DNA of 63,444 nucleotides, the filler included, from Intoshia linei (Eukaryota > Animalia > Orthonectida), in NCBI GenBank assembly GCA_001642005.1. It is 7 parts of 7 records of this genome, joined end to end, with 100 filler letters (N's around TTAATTAATTAA, not from the genome) between each part and the next. Parts side by side here need not be neighbours in the genome. Positions count along the whole stretch, not along the records: positions 41,694 to 58,743 come from LWCA01000819.1; positions 58,844 to 60,315 come from LWCA01002600.1; positions 60,416 to 61,848 come from LWCA01002729.1; positions 61,949 to 63,444 come from LWCA01002656.1; 3 more parts are not named here. One strand, given 5' to 3'. Positions 50,544-63,444 of this stretch are shown piece after piece. How positions within the stretch are numbered: position 1 is the stretch's first letter; every line of letters begins with the position of its first letter. The position numbers and the translations under genes were made by a program. The notes below the pieces were generated by a model, which saw only the letters and a list, made by a program, of their open reading frames with translations, did no database searches and was not told where the DNA came from.

Positions 50544-52827
50544 ATGAAAAATCTAAACCAAGATAAAGATTTAACTGAGAAACCAACTAATGACCCCCAA
50601 GATGAGAAGATTTTAAGTGATTTAAACAATTCAAAAGAGTCCAAAATTTCAATTCCTATCTGTCCAAACACTGATCATGATTGTTATATTGGAGAAAATT
50701 TTGAAAAACAAAATGTGATTAATCCAAAAAAAATACCATCAAATGGGAATGGTGTCATGAAATCGACTAATGATAAAATTATCACAATTTCTAAAGACGG
50801 TACATGCAATATAAAGAACATTAAAACTATATCCAAACCAAAAATTGTAAAATCTTATAGTTTTAATGCTATTAATAATTCAAAGTCACAAGTCAATTTA
50901 AAAAAGGAATTTAGACAAATTAAACCTATTAACGAAAAATCCAATAAAACCCCACCAAAAGTAGTCTTGTTTTCTGCTGAAAATTTAAATCAAAATTATC
51001 GTACAGCAAATCCTCATACAAATATAATTTCAGATTTTCCTTCTGTATATACGCCTAAAATTAATTTTAACAGAAGTAATCAGGATATACCCCTTAATAC
51101 TAATTGTCCATCAAATGTTATTCAAAATGTACCCAATATACAACATTTACAAAATGTTCCACCAAATTTTTTAGTACATTACGTTTCAAATCATCAAAGG
51201 CGGCCAGTTCACATGCAACCAATGTATTTTTTTTAAAGCTTTTTTTTTTACTTTTTTTAGGAGTGGAAGAACGTTTAATCCTGTACGACCAAATTATAAT
51301 ATGCAACCAGTTAATCTTACGTATCCAGCGCCTCAAAATTCTATTATACACGAAAATATACCCATTTTTCAACAAAATATGCACGGTGGAGTTATCCCTA
51401 GAAATGGGGTGTATGCCCCCGTAAATAATAATAACCCAGGAAATCATTATTTTCAGCGTGTTATTTCGGAATTTCCTTATGCGAGTAGAACTCGTCCTAT
51501 TAACGTTCAGAGGGTGTTTAATGTGCAAAAGTTCAATAATGGAATATACACAAACCATCTAATTAATAGACAAAATAAAATGAATATTACAAATTCTCGA
51601 ATGAGGTGTCCTGTTCCAGTCGTTCCGCCGAAGCAGATTTTTGCCGTCCAAAGATCTATTAAAATACCGGATAATCCAATTATTATTAATTCTTCAAATG
51701 TTTGTTTAAGGTCATCTACCCCTATGCAACAACCTGGTCAATATCAACCTCGAAAAGAATCTAAAAAACAAATCAAGTGCAATGTCATATCAAACAAGAG
51801 TACCTTTGAAAATATTGCAGAAGGCAAACTTTTAAAATCAAATAATGGTTATTTTAGTCTTAAATTGTTTTATAATTTTTTAGATTTGATAACGAAAAAA
51901 TCCACTATCACACCTAAAAAACCCAGAAAACAAAAATTGTTATTTTATTATTGATTTATGTAAAAATTATTTAGAAAGTACAAACGTGAACTTGAGGTCA
52001 AACAGAAAGGTGTACCCGAAAGCGATGCATCTAAAAAAGGTTCAGTTAATACCTTGACTGAACCTTTGAAAAGTAAAAAGGTTTTCACTCAAAAGATACC
52101 ATCAAAAACGAACTCTATTGAACTTGCTAAAGAAAATAAGACTCCTAAAATCAAGGTAAAAATTGTGATAAGTGTGTATTACAAACTCAATTTACTAGCT
52201 CACCAAAACGACCAAACGATATAAATTAGAATCTAATGTTAATACAATATGTAAAAAGTTGATTAAAACTACCAAATATCCAGTTCTACTAGAATCTACC
52301 CAAAACCACCAATATAAACCTATATGTTTAAAAATTGTAGACGATTCTCCACAAGATTTGTCCAATCGTACTTTATATTTTTAAAATTACAATCATTTTC
52401 GAATTTAGAAAAGTCAATATTTAATATTATTGATATTTTGAATCTTCCAACCATAGAAACATTTATGTCGGGTCGAACAATTTACAGTATTACCAATAGC
52501 TTAGATTATGTATCAAAAAAAAATTACATTAATTAAATTAAATGTAGGTCATTATAGACATGAAAAATAGAATCAACAATTATCATGGTCTTCTCAAGCG
52601 ACTTAAAAGGCTTAAAATGCATCCCATCCGATTTCAATTAATATATGTACTTAATTTTTTAATTTGATTTATTTGCTTATTAGGAAATTATCCATCTATA
52701 CAAAAAGAATATAGCTAAATCTACAATTTTAAAAGAAATGTTATTAAAAATAATTCTAGATCATGGTGAAAATTCGAATCGTATTTTTAATTATTACAAA
52801 TCCAAATATTCTGATACACCCATGTAA
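50544..52827 (+). CDS. Uncharacterised multi-exon protein: N/P/Q-rich disordered N-terminus, basic middle, helical C-terminus
   Basis: Long ORFs 50496-51236 and 51301-51954 linked by a short GT-AG intron (about 51224-51260). Further short introns lead to ...KIILDHGENSNRIFNYYKSKYSDTPM* (TAA 52825-52827), with AATAAA about 30 nt downstream. No family recognised. Confidence 0.7.
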
Positions 52828-53834
52828 ACTTTTCAATTGATTTTAATTGTAAAAATGCAAATAAATTTTTATTATATTAATTGGTGCTTTATTTGTTTAA
52901 TTTTTTGACATTGCGTCCGTATCCTGTTTTGTATAAATTAGTGTGAATGGCAAAGTCAATTGCATCAAATTAGATTATATTTTATTATTTTGTTAATTTA
53001 AACATATTTATTACTTGCATCTGTAGCCGGCAATCAATTCAATTTGAACTATATAATTCACCATTGCTCCTATTGTTTCAGTGTTTATGTCGTTTAAATA
53101 TCTGAAAGTGTAGTTTGGTTTTTTTAAATTACAAGAATTACATTGTAGTAGGAGACAATGTTGAGTCTTCTTTTTTTAATTTTTCAATGAAACCTACACC
53201 TTGGGTATTTTGGTTTGTATTAATACAATTGCATTTCAATGTATAGGTCTGGCAAAATCCTAAATGCCCTGATTTTAATGGAAATCCTTCTCTATTGAAA
53301 AAATGTTCATTTTTTAAATTAAGGGTTCCCAACTGTTCACTTCATAGGTAATCTTAATTAATTAACCAAGTCGAAATTCAGTTTGTGTGCATTTTTTACA
53401 TTAAATAATCTTAATGTAATGCATGTGAGCCAGGTTTGCACATTATTAATTAGTAATAGTGAATCTCATATATTGATTCCTTCGGTTTTTTCATTACTAC
53501 GCAATTTTTCAATTTCAAAAAGTTTAAAATCACTTTGCATCAGAGGTACTTTGGTAATCAGGGGCGGATTCAATGGGTGCAGAAGGTGCAGTTGCAACCT
53601 AAATTTTTTCTTATTAATTATTTCAAAACGAGTCATTTAGAAGATTTGAAAGAATTCGCAGAAAAATATGAATTATTTTTACAATTATTATGAATTATTA
53701 TACTCATTAATTTAAAAAAAATTTGAAAAAAATTAACTACCATAACTAAAAACTGGTAGGGTGTATAACCAAAAGTTGTGATTACTATCGACAACCACCA
53801 TATTAGAAAGTTGTAAAATAAATACAGTATAAGT

Positions 53835-54746
53835 CAGGGGTGCACAACGTGCGGCCGTGGGCAATACATCTGATCATAATGCAATATATCATTTTACTTG
53901 AAATTGAAAAGTTTATTCAAGGTTTATTTAAAATATTTATCTCACAAAGTTCATTCTTGACTTTGCCCCAGTTTCTCAAATGTTAGCGAAGGGCACACAA
54001 AATAAAGGCAGTCACTAATATCCTTATGTCTTCCACTCAAATGTATCAACAAATCTGTTTTTAATGGAACTTTTTTTGTGTTGTCCGATTATTATTAATT
54101 ATTTACCAAAAAATTAATGATTAATGTTGTTTCAAAAAAATATTAGTAAAAGGAAATTTTTCAAATTTTTTTTAAATCAGGTTTTTTCTTATGGAATCAG
54201 TCAAAAGAATTATTAATCTAAAAATTTAGTAAAATGGGATTTTTCATAAAAATATTGGTAAAAGCGATTTTTTTCCTTAAGGGTTGGTAAAAATGAATTT
54301 TGAAAAAAAATATTGGTAAAAAGGGATTTCTTCTTTAAAATTTGGTAAATTTTGGTTTTTTCTTATAAGATTATATTAAATTAAATGGTTTAATGAAATA
54401 TGTTGAAAATTGTAGATTTTCGTATTCACTCCTGGGGGTGACCAGTCACCCCATGAGAAGCACTGCATTAATCCTACTATTGCTATTTATTCCGATTCAA
54501 ATAAATGACAAATGTGGTGTTAATATATATGAGTGAATTAAGAATTAATTTTAATTGAAAATTATGAATTAAAACTTGCTGATATTAAAATTTAAAGAAA
54601 ACTATTTTATTAGACCTAAAATTTAGGTCCAGACTCTGGTCTTCAGAGTAAACTTTTTCAATGTCATCGTAAAATTTGGTGCGGCCGTAGTATCAATTAG
54701 AAAACTAGCATTGTGGCTGAATTGGTGGAAAGGTTGTGCACCTTTA
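53835..54746 (+). mobile_element. hAT family A element with a further internal insertion
   Basis: CAGGGGTGCACAAC ... GGTTGTGCACC; TSD GTATAAGT/GTCTAAGT. Confidence 0.8.
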
Positions 54747-55296
54747 GTCTAAGTCCTTATTAACGGAACTTTTATTAGCGGAAATTCCATTTTAACGGAA
54801 TTTTGAATTATTTATTTTTTCTTAACGAATTTGTATGAACCAAAAATTTCTTCAATAAAAATTTTATCTCTAAAGCTCTAGAATCTATTTTTAATGACTA
54901 TCATAAATATAAACTAAATGTTTTAATAATTAAAAGTCAATTTATTACATTTTTTATAAAGTTTTTAAGAGATATTAAATTAGGTGGCGTTAATTAGAAA
55001 TAATTACTATCATTGCGGAAATCATTTTTAACTTTATTTTATTTTTGTAAATAATATAAAATTTAATATAATTTTTCATGCACCCAAAAAACTGCTGTGG
55101 ATAAGACACCGTTGATAATGTTTTGTGTATATTACTTCGTCATGTATTATTTAAAAAATCATATAATAATAAGAAATAAGCCCATTTAATGGTTTTTATT
55201 TAAAAAATTAAATTCCGTTAACACATATGTTACTAGGGGTAAATTCCACATTAACTGAATTATGGAATTTTCAATTCCGTTAATAAGGAGTTAGAC

Positions 55297-55593
55297 CAGG
55301 AATGCACAACCTTTTCATCAATTCATCCGCAATGCTACTTATTTACTATTGATACTACGACAACACAAAATTTAATTTGACATTGAAAGAGTTTAAATCC
55401 ATTTTGAGAAAGTGGGGAAAGTCAAAAATGTAACAATTTGATAAAAGTATTTCCCTTGAATTTGAAGTAAAATAATATACATTAATACATAAATACATAA
55501 TGTATTTCATTTTGATGACATGGATTTCCCACGGCCGCACATAAACGTTTTCACGGTCATATACGGCCGTAAGGCCGCAGGGTTTGCACCGTG
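55297..55593 (-). mobile_element. hAT family A element, complete about 300-bp copy
   Basis: CAGGAATGCACAACC ... GGTTTGCACCGTG; TSD AGTTAGAC/ACTTAGAC. Confidence 0.82.
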
Positions 55594-55777
55594 ACTTAGA
55601 CTGTATAAATACAGTTAAGCGTCTCAATATCGCCATTTTGGTATTTCGATATTTATGCGGTACTGAGAGTATAACATTTATCTTGACAATATAAGACTTG
55701 AGATGAAAAATGAAAGATTGTTTAAAGAAAAAATAAAATATCATTGACAACTTAAATTTACTTAACTTGAAGTTATT

Positions 55778-57799
55778 ATGCTTTTGAATCGATTTAGTTT
55801 TTTATTAGAGTTCAGTATTAAAAAATGTACATTTAAAAATGTGAGATATAATAGCAACAGTAATTATTTTAAAGTTGTCAATGATTTAAGATCAATTGAT
55901 GAAAAATCGAATCTCGGAGGCGGTCAAAAAAGAATTGATGCACAACATAAAAAAGTAATTTCTACAAGAATTTTTTATTTATAATCTAGGGAAAACTGAC
56001 AGCTCGAGAACGAATCCGAGTTTTATTGGATAAAAATTCATTTGTTGAATATGATAAGTATATGGTTCATACTTGTGTCGATTTTAATATGGATAAAGAA
56101 AAGTTTTATGGGGACAGTGTCATAACTGGTCGAGGTAAAATCAATGGACGCCATATTGTGCTTTTTAGTCAGGTAAACATGTATAGTTTTTAATTTTTAC
56201 ATTTAATTTAAATCCTAAATAAAAAATGTCTCATTTATCTCAAAGATAAAAATATATTTCTACTATCATACAATGTTAAATATACAAAAATACAACTCTT
56301 ACCATTTTCGATAATTATTTAAATCTGTAGTAAGGATTCCTTACATAAAGTAATAGTTACCAAAAAATTTTCTGTCGTAGACAGACTGTGTAATACACAT
56401 ACACAGTGTGTATGTAACCATTTATTTAGAAAACTGAATGTATCAAAAGTTTAAAAAATACAATTTATAAGTCATTATTTTCTGGCGCAGGATGTAAGAT
56501 AAATTTTAATCTCAATAATTTGCATGTTTATGATCAACACCACAAATTACTTTTTTTTTAACAAAATATGGTATTTTTAATAATGTGTAAACAATGTAAA
56601 ATGGGACAAAAAATCAGTCAATGTTCATGATTCTATGAAACATTAACCAAGGGATATAAAATATTAATTTTTCACAGGGAAGATAGATAATAGACGTTTT
56701 ATTGATCTGATAAAATATGTAGTAAACAATTAATAATGTACTGTAAACAATACCTGAAAAACATGCTCCATTTTGGGAACATTGACGGGTTAAAGGTTAA
56801 TATTAATAGTTCATAAAGTTTATCATCTCGCAAAAATAGAGTACTTTATGTCTTTTCACCCAAATGTAATGATTCATTAAAAATTGTCATTATTATTAAT
56901 TTTTTTTGGGGTCCACAGGTTTTTTGTAATATCATATTAGGGGAACACACCGAAAAAGGGTTGAGAATGCCTGATTTAAACGATTTTTTTAACTTTTAAA
57001 GTTTTGAATACATTTAATAATAGAAATATGCATTTATATTTACGTGATTTAGTATTTATTGATCAATGCGGTTATTCTTATTAGTCAAGCCTAAAGTATT
57101 CATTTTTGATTTAATTTTTGTTTTATTCAGGATTTTACTGTATTTGGTGGAAGTCTATCTTCAGTTCACTCTCAAAAAATTTGTAAAATTATGGATGAGG
57201 CTATGCGTCTCGGTGTACCAATTATTGGATTAAATGATTCTGGAGGTATAATATTTTTATAAACTCTACCGGGATGGTCCAAGAAAATGGATACGAGTGC
57301 CATTAAATTATTAAACAATTTAATTTAGATATTTGTCGGTCCGAAATTACATAAAATATTTTATTCCCTTTATTCCAAAATTTTTTTCATGTTTTTATAA
57401 TGTAAATAGATCCACTAAATTTTGGACTAACCTAAACTACATCAGTATAATACACAACAATTTCATAATTGAATTTTAATTATTTAGGAGCTAGAATTCA
57501 AGAAGGAGTAGAATCATTGGCAGCCTATGCCAATATTTTTCAGGTTTAATATTAAAAATTTAAAAATTCAGTAGACCGCATGCGAACTAATGAAGTGACC
57601 AGATCACCTGATTACGTTGAGGTTAGGGGTTCCCAAACCTTTTTTAATTTTTTAAATTAACTTACATATTATTTATTAATGTTAATATATATTTATCATA
57701 TAATAGTCCAATTTTGGATTTTATCATTTATTTTATAGAGAAATGTCATGGCATCCGGTGTTATACCTCAAATTTCTGTTATAATGGGACCTTGTGCTG
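55778..57799 (+). CDS. PCCB: Propionyl-CoA carboxylase beta chain, mitochondrial; first five exons only
   Basis: Exons 55778-55954, 55990-56172, 57131-57245, 57488-57543, 57739-57799: transit-peptide-like start, [117 protein letters not shown]. Confidence 0.96.
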
Positions 57800-57891
57800 G
57801 TAATATATTGTATACAGTCAATTCTGTTTAATATGAACATGAAGGGACCAGGTTTTGATCATGTTCATACTATAATGTAATATGAACATTA

Positions 57892-58743
57892 GGGTATTTC
57901 ACATTTTGAAAAATTTAAGATATCGTGACAACTTTAGTATACAGGTCGTGTAGTTTTCTATATAATTTATTTAAATTCCTGTACACGTTATATTTAGAAA
58001 ATCTTTGAATTGCAACGGAGGATATAGTTTTCAAGGAATAAATATTGTATTCCATTAATTCATTGAATCTAATTTATATAATATAAAAAAACTAAAAACA
58101 TTTTAATTTACCTCTCAATCATTTTTTTGTCATTATTTATTGCACGCTTAGCTGAAGCTGCATCAAGTTAAAATATCAAGTATCCATAAATAACAAGGAC
58201 TTTGAAACTTCTGACTTTTTCAGTATTCACAAGTTTTAGAATGAAAGCTTTCATAATATACAGTATCCTGCCCATCCATCTTGCTTTAGAAACCGATCCT
58301 GGTTTCTTTAATTTTACTTTTGTACCATTTACGATAGCCAACGCCAATTCACAACATTTTGCGTAATCACCTCGACTATGATTTAAACCATCCTTAAGTT
58401 TTAGTATTGTGCATGTCATGTTGATGTCATTAAAGGTGTTAATATTTGGAGCAATTTTAGGTTTATAATATATATCATTATGGTCGATGTAGTATTCTTG
58501 AACCTTCGAAATTTTGACACTACCTATGTTTTTAGAAGTATCTGAAGGAGTGGTATCATAACAACAGCCGATTACTTTCGACATCAATTTGTAATCGTTA
58601 AGAAGATTATACACAGTATTTGCTGTAGTGATACCTTTTCCTCCACATTGCTCAGGAACACCTAATATATATTCCTTACAGGTATATACATCAATAATTA
58701 CAACAGCTATCCGCTCGTACCCTTTTCGAAATGATTTACCATC
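57892..58743 (-). mobile_element. DDD transposase fragment, tentatively Sola2-type, nested in a pogo-like end starting at 57815
   Basis: Frame open from the gap at 58743: DGKSF..ERIAVV..EYILGVPEQCGGKG..TANTVYNLLNDYKL..VIGCCYDTTPSDTS..GS ... RGDYAKCCELAL ... KKPGSVSKARWMGRILYIMK. Superfamily assigned from memory of these motifs. Confidence 0.65.
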
Positions 58744-61700
58744 NNNNNNNNNNNNNNNNNNNNNNNNNNNNNNNNNNNNNNNNNNNNTTAATTAATTAAN
58801 NNNNNNNNNNNNNNNNNNNNNNNNNNNNNNNNNNNNNNNNNNNTAGAAATGGTGAACAAAAAATGTATTGTCATAGTAACAGGAAAATTAAAGTTGATAT
58901 AATAATTCAGAAAAAAATATATAACTTATTTATCAAGTTTACATTTTACAAAGCTAAATAAATACTAAACATTACTATAATAATTATATCAATTCATTTT
59001 TTCTTTCTTTGATAGAATCAAAGTAATCAGTTATTTTTAATGATATTGTCAATTTTTCAGACTTTATTTCCTGCATTAAAGTCCATACACTTGATAATTT
59101 TTCTGGGTTATGAACCATAAAAAATGTTTCTAATTTTTAGCATGATTATTAGTTTCATAATGGGTAACAGGTAAGATTTCTGGGTTTTCAATTCAGACAT
59201 TATTTGAATTTAATCATATATATTATTTTTTAGGGTCTTTTGTATTTTAGAGCCAATAGTTTAAAGATTTTATATAGACTTTATTGAAAAAATAAATTTT
59301 GTTTATTTGTTAACAATATACATTAGTGATGGCAAAAGTTGTTTTAGTGTACAAGTAGACAAGATAAAAATTCATATTTGACGTATTTTCTAATTTTATC
59401 GATAATTTATTTCCAATTGTTATAAAAGTAAGTACCATATAAAATTGATTTTATTGAGGATATAATAACGCAATATGATCTATTACGTTCTTAAATGGAC
59501 TATTTTCAGAGAATCTAGGATATTATTATTTTAAACCTTTTTCGCCACATAAATTCAATTAAATAAGTATCTAATAAAAATCTGGAAGTACCACATTCTA
59601 CATTGATTATAAAAAATGTAAAATTAATGTCTACCAATTTTATTTTCTCTTGTTAGTATTGCCCATAAATTTTCAATTTGTGAGAACTAGAATGTTATTT
59701 ATTAATCTTTTATCGTAATATAATTTCTCGTTTAATTTAATGTAAGAATGGCAATACGTGGAAAATATAAAAAAAGTACGGTCAAAATGAGAACATGACT
59801 GGATATCGCAAAGAAAATATTCACTAGTTTTTAAGGGTGGGGCTACACACACCAAGAAAACCACTGAAATCATTGAGTGGTTGTTATCATAATTAGCAAT
59901 AAATTAAAAATTTAATTTTTCTCTGTACTACTTGATAATTCTGTATTTTGCCATATGATAATTACCGTAATATAGAAATATTAACTTTTTATTCTATAAC
60001 TCGCTATTCATTTAAAATATAAAAGTTTTAAAACCATTTCTCAAATTTAATTACTATTTTATGTACGTAAGAATTAAATCACTTTGAAATTTAAAATGCT
60101 TCTAAATCTCTAAAGAAAACTTAAAATTTAATAAGGACGATGGTTAATACTTTTAATAATGCAAAAATGAATTTCAGTTTGCCAAAATTGAAATGTAAAT
60201 GGTATAATAAAATTTAATCAAAAATACCATTTTAAGCCCTCATGGAAAAATTGACTTACAACGATATTCTTTTCAAAAATCCGATTTTACGAAATCTTAT
60301 GAAAAAAATCCACTTNNNNNNNNNNNNNNNNNNNNNNNNNNNNNNNNNNNNNNNNNNNNTTAATTAATTAANNNNNNNNNNNNNNNNNNNNNNNNNNNNN
60401 NNNNNNNNNNNNNNNGGTTTTATTAGTTATTAATACTATTATTTATTTACCTTATTAGATACTATACCTTTTGGAAATTACCAAAAATTTAATTCATGCA
60501 TTCATTCAAAACTTTGGGAATATGTCTTATTAAAAAATCATTACAATCCAACATTTCGTTTGTTTTTGAACAATTCTATTTAGGTACATGGGAATCCAGT
60601 TTGGGAACATTTAAAATTAATATATTTTTCAGGATAAAACAAACAATTATAAAAGCGATGTAATTAACGATTTTTCTTGTATGCGTCAGTTGGAAAGATT
60701 TTGTAGTAAAAACCCTAAATGTAAAATAAATTTATCCATTTGTATATTTTTTTCTCGGACTTTGGAATTCACTGATTTAGATTTTGAAGCAATTATTGGG
60801 TTAATAAAATATAAACAGTGTGGCACCAACTGTATTAAATGGAGCTGAACCTACCCTACCCATGTTTTTTCTGAAAAAAACTTTTTATACAAAATTTTAA
60901 ATTATCTCACCACCCATTTTGACTGACAATACCTGTATATTAGGGTGTTTCAAAAATTGGAATTTTTATTTGAGGTAGGAAAATTTAGTCTAGTATTACA
61001 AACATCATGCCGATGAGTTGCGCATCACGTTTAAAGTTTTTAAATTAATATTAATATAAACTTGATTATTTTAGTTTATTATATACTTTTTAATAAATTT
61101 GATAATAAAATAAGATGTTTGGTTTAGCTGTTTTTGAGTATTCCACTCTTTCAAGATCACACATTATGAATTGGCATTTACATTAAGTGATATAATAAAG
61201 AATTAAAAAGGATAATTCATTTTCTGCAGGAGTTATGCATTGATTTTTTTTTCTCCTTGTGTATTTCTTTAATCCGCAATATTTATAACTTATCTATAAA
61301 ATGTACGCATTAAGGATTAATTGACATTGATAATTTTTGTATTATTTAAACCACTCTTCACGTGTGATTTTGATATGTCGGTAGGCAAGCTATGCTTAAG
61401 TGATTTTCTTTNAGTGATATAATAAAGAATTAAAAAGGATAATTCATTTTCTGCAGGAGTTATGCATTGATTTTTTCTCTCCTTGGTGTATTTCCTTAAT
61501 CCGCAATATTTATAACTTATCTCTAAAATGTACGCATTAAGGATTACATTAATTGACATTGATAATTTTTGTATTATTTAAACCACTCTTCACGTGTGAT
61601 TTTAATATGTCGGTAGGCAAGCTATGCTTAAGTGATTTCCTTTCACTTATTAACATGGATGGTTTTATTTATAAAAGTATTCGTATGTTTACAAGTCAGG

Positions 61701-62033
61701 AATTTAAGTTTTACAAATATATAAATTTGAAGTGGATTATAAAATAGTTTAAATTTAAAATAAACGGATTTAACTTAAATCCATGTTTTATTTTCATGCG
61801 TGAACAATTAATTACTTTATTTACATTTTATAATACTTTTATTTTATCNNNNNNNNNNNNNNNNNNNNNNNNNNNNNNNNNNNNNNNNNNNNTTAATTAA
61901 TTAANNNNNNNNNNNNNNNNNNNNNNNNNNNNNNNNNNNNNNNNNNNNCTTCTATTGGTTTCATGAGATGTACCCTAAATTAATATATACTTTAATAATA
62001 ATGCATGTAATTTAATATATACATTATTTATAT

Positions 62034-62331
62034 TTGGGGTCGGCAACCAGTGGTCACATATTAATTTTGGTGGCCCTTTGAGTAAATGATTTATTTTTAA
62101 ATTTTTATCAATCAATATATAACCATCATAAAAAATGGGATTAAAATTTTAATTAGAATGCATTGTTACATTAATTAACGTGAATAATAAATTTATCAAA
62201 ATTAATCATGATTTGATATTACCTACGCCAAAAATCTATTTGTTTGTATTATAATAAAATTTTAATGAAATTTATCACGTGTAAAGTTTGATAAAAGTGG
62301 TCCACGACATGAAAAAGGTTGCCGAACCCTG
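62034..62331. mobile_element. hAT MITE
   Basis: GGGGTCGGCAACC ... GGTTGCCGAACCCTG; TSD ATTTATAT/ATTTACAT. Confidence 0.75.
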
Positions 62332-63444
62332 ATTTACATTAGTGTTAATAATGTAAATAATTAATAATTATGGAATCTCTGTATTGACCATATTTATTGC
62401 AAACATGACTAACAAGATTGTGAATGTCTTTTATTTGAATAATTTTATTATATTGTAAATAACCAGAATTCGAGAAATTAAATCGTTAATAAAATTTAAA
62501 AAAATAAACGGTATAACTAAACATGGAGAACAGTATTATAAAGGCGATACCACGTTTAAAAGCTCAAACGCCGATTTCCGTTAAAATAAAGTTCAGTTTT
62601 AATTTCTTCATAATATTTATACAGTAATATTTAAAATGACAAACGCAACTCGAATAGATAGCGTTAAATATTTTTGATTGCGAATTAGTTTGTCTATTTT
62701 AAAAATACACACTTTTAGTGCTAATTGNGCGAATTAGTTTGTCTATTTTAAAAATACACACTTTTAGTGCTAATTGTCCATCGAATTCTAAAATTTTCCA
62801 AAAAATGTGACACACTAGTATACATTATATACCAATTGTATATATTAGAGATGACTATAACCAGGAAATTTGTCATGATACAAAAATAAAAAACTTTTCA
62901 GTAGTTTTTCTTTAGACAGTTGAATATGCCTCAAACAAATTTTCTGAAATTCGACAAGTTCTATTGCTTCCTTTTTAACATTAAATTCTGCTGTGTTTAT
63001 CATACGTTAAGATCTAAAATGATGGAATTATTCATATTAAAAATTAGAACCCCGCCCTTAAGTGGAAAATTGTCAGTATCTACTAATATCCGCCGTAAAT
63101 TTTTGTTTGGTGACTTTACGTAAATTATAATCAGTATCTACTTAATTTTCAGGTGTAGTAACATTAAAAATAACCGATAATTATGTAGCATGAGATTTAA
63201 TAAAAAAAATTTAAATTTAACTAGACATTTCAAACTGACATATGTCAATATTTTATAAATATTTTTTCCGTCCGTAACCGCTTCCGGGATCTAATAAATC
63301 TACATTTAAAAAATAACGGTTTGTTTTGGTTTAACCCAGTATTTCTCAATCGGTGGACCCCAGAACATTTCATGTAATAATTACATAACGAAAAAATAAA
63401 AAGGAGTTATATACCATTTGACAAAGGTTCAATTACCTCAGATT

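Larger units (their letters stand above)
53825..55603. mobile_element. pogo-like MITE with both TIRs interrupted by hAT family A copies
   Basis: Reconstructed TIR TA|CAGTCTAAGTCCTTATTAACGGAA ... TTCCGTTAATAAGGACTTAGACTG|TA. Confidence 0.8.

Noticed and set aside
51118-51558. 146-aa antisense ORF and similar shadows (6832-7047, 21536-22536, 45883-46086)
   Set aside because: Antisense or alternative-frame shadows of real CDS with no motifs.
54135-54355. Five TGGTAAAA/TAGTAAAA-type repeats at roughly 30-40 nt spacing, superficially CRISPR-like
   Set aside because: Degenerate units, spacers similar to each other, inside a transposon, eukaryotic context, no cas genes; a TE minisatellite.
55355-55750. 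131-aa ORF and other 60-100 aa F/I/K/N-rich ORFs (e.g. 8880-9191, 13977-14165, 30035-30316, 42283-42471)
   Set aside because: They lie in MITEs, Helitrons or AT-rich introns; composition is that of chance ORFs.
61185-61645. About 225-bp tandem duplication, and a 48-bp one at 62680-62777
   Set aside because: Each junction contains a single N; probably an assembly overlap artefact.

Overview
AT-rich (roughly 75-80% AT by eye), compact animal genomic scaffold with many 30-45 nt GT-AG introns and six 100-nt scaffold spacers (N44-TTAATTAATTAA-N44). The style fits a reduced invertebrate parasite such as an orthonectid, but this is inference only. Spliced host genes reconstructed by hand: 3' end of eIF4A3 (+), neurocalcin/hippocalcin (+), a CSPP1-like coiled-coil gene (-), calmodulin-dependent PDE1 (-, 3' end missing), STT3A (+, 13 exons), a divergent TRAK/Milton (-), ANKLE2/LEM4 (+), an orphan N/P/Q-rich gene (+) and the 5' part of PCCB (+). 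Long introns and intergenic DNA are filled with transposon debris: a Ty3/Gypsy RT-RNaseH fragment, a full-ended but internally deleted Tc1, a Sola2-like transposase fragment, a multi-copy non-autonomous Helitron family, and many hAT and Tc1/pogo MITEs, often nested. No rRNA, tRNA or CRISPR array was recognised. I found no clear-cut new multi-gene system. The most unusual signals are an intronic hairpin enclosing a copy of one of its own gene's exons, a MITE whose two TIRs are interrupted at the same site by mirror-image hAT insertions, an inverted duplication that includes a hAT end plus flank, compound Helitron 3' ends, and several perfect near-loopless palindromes.
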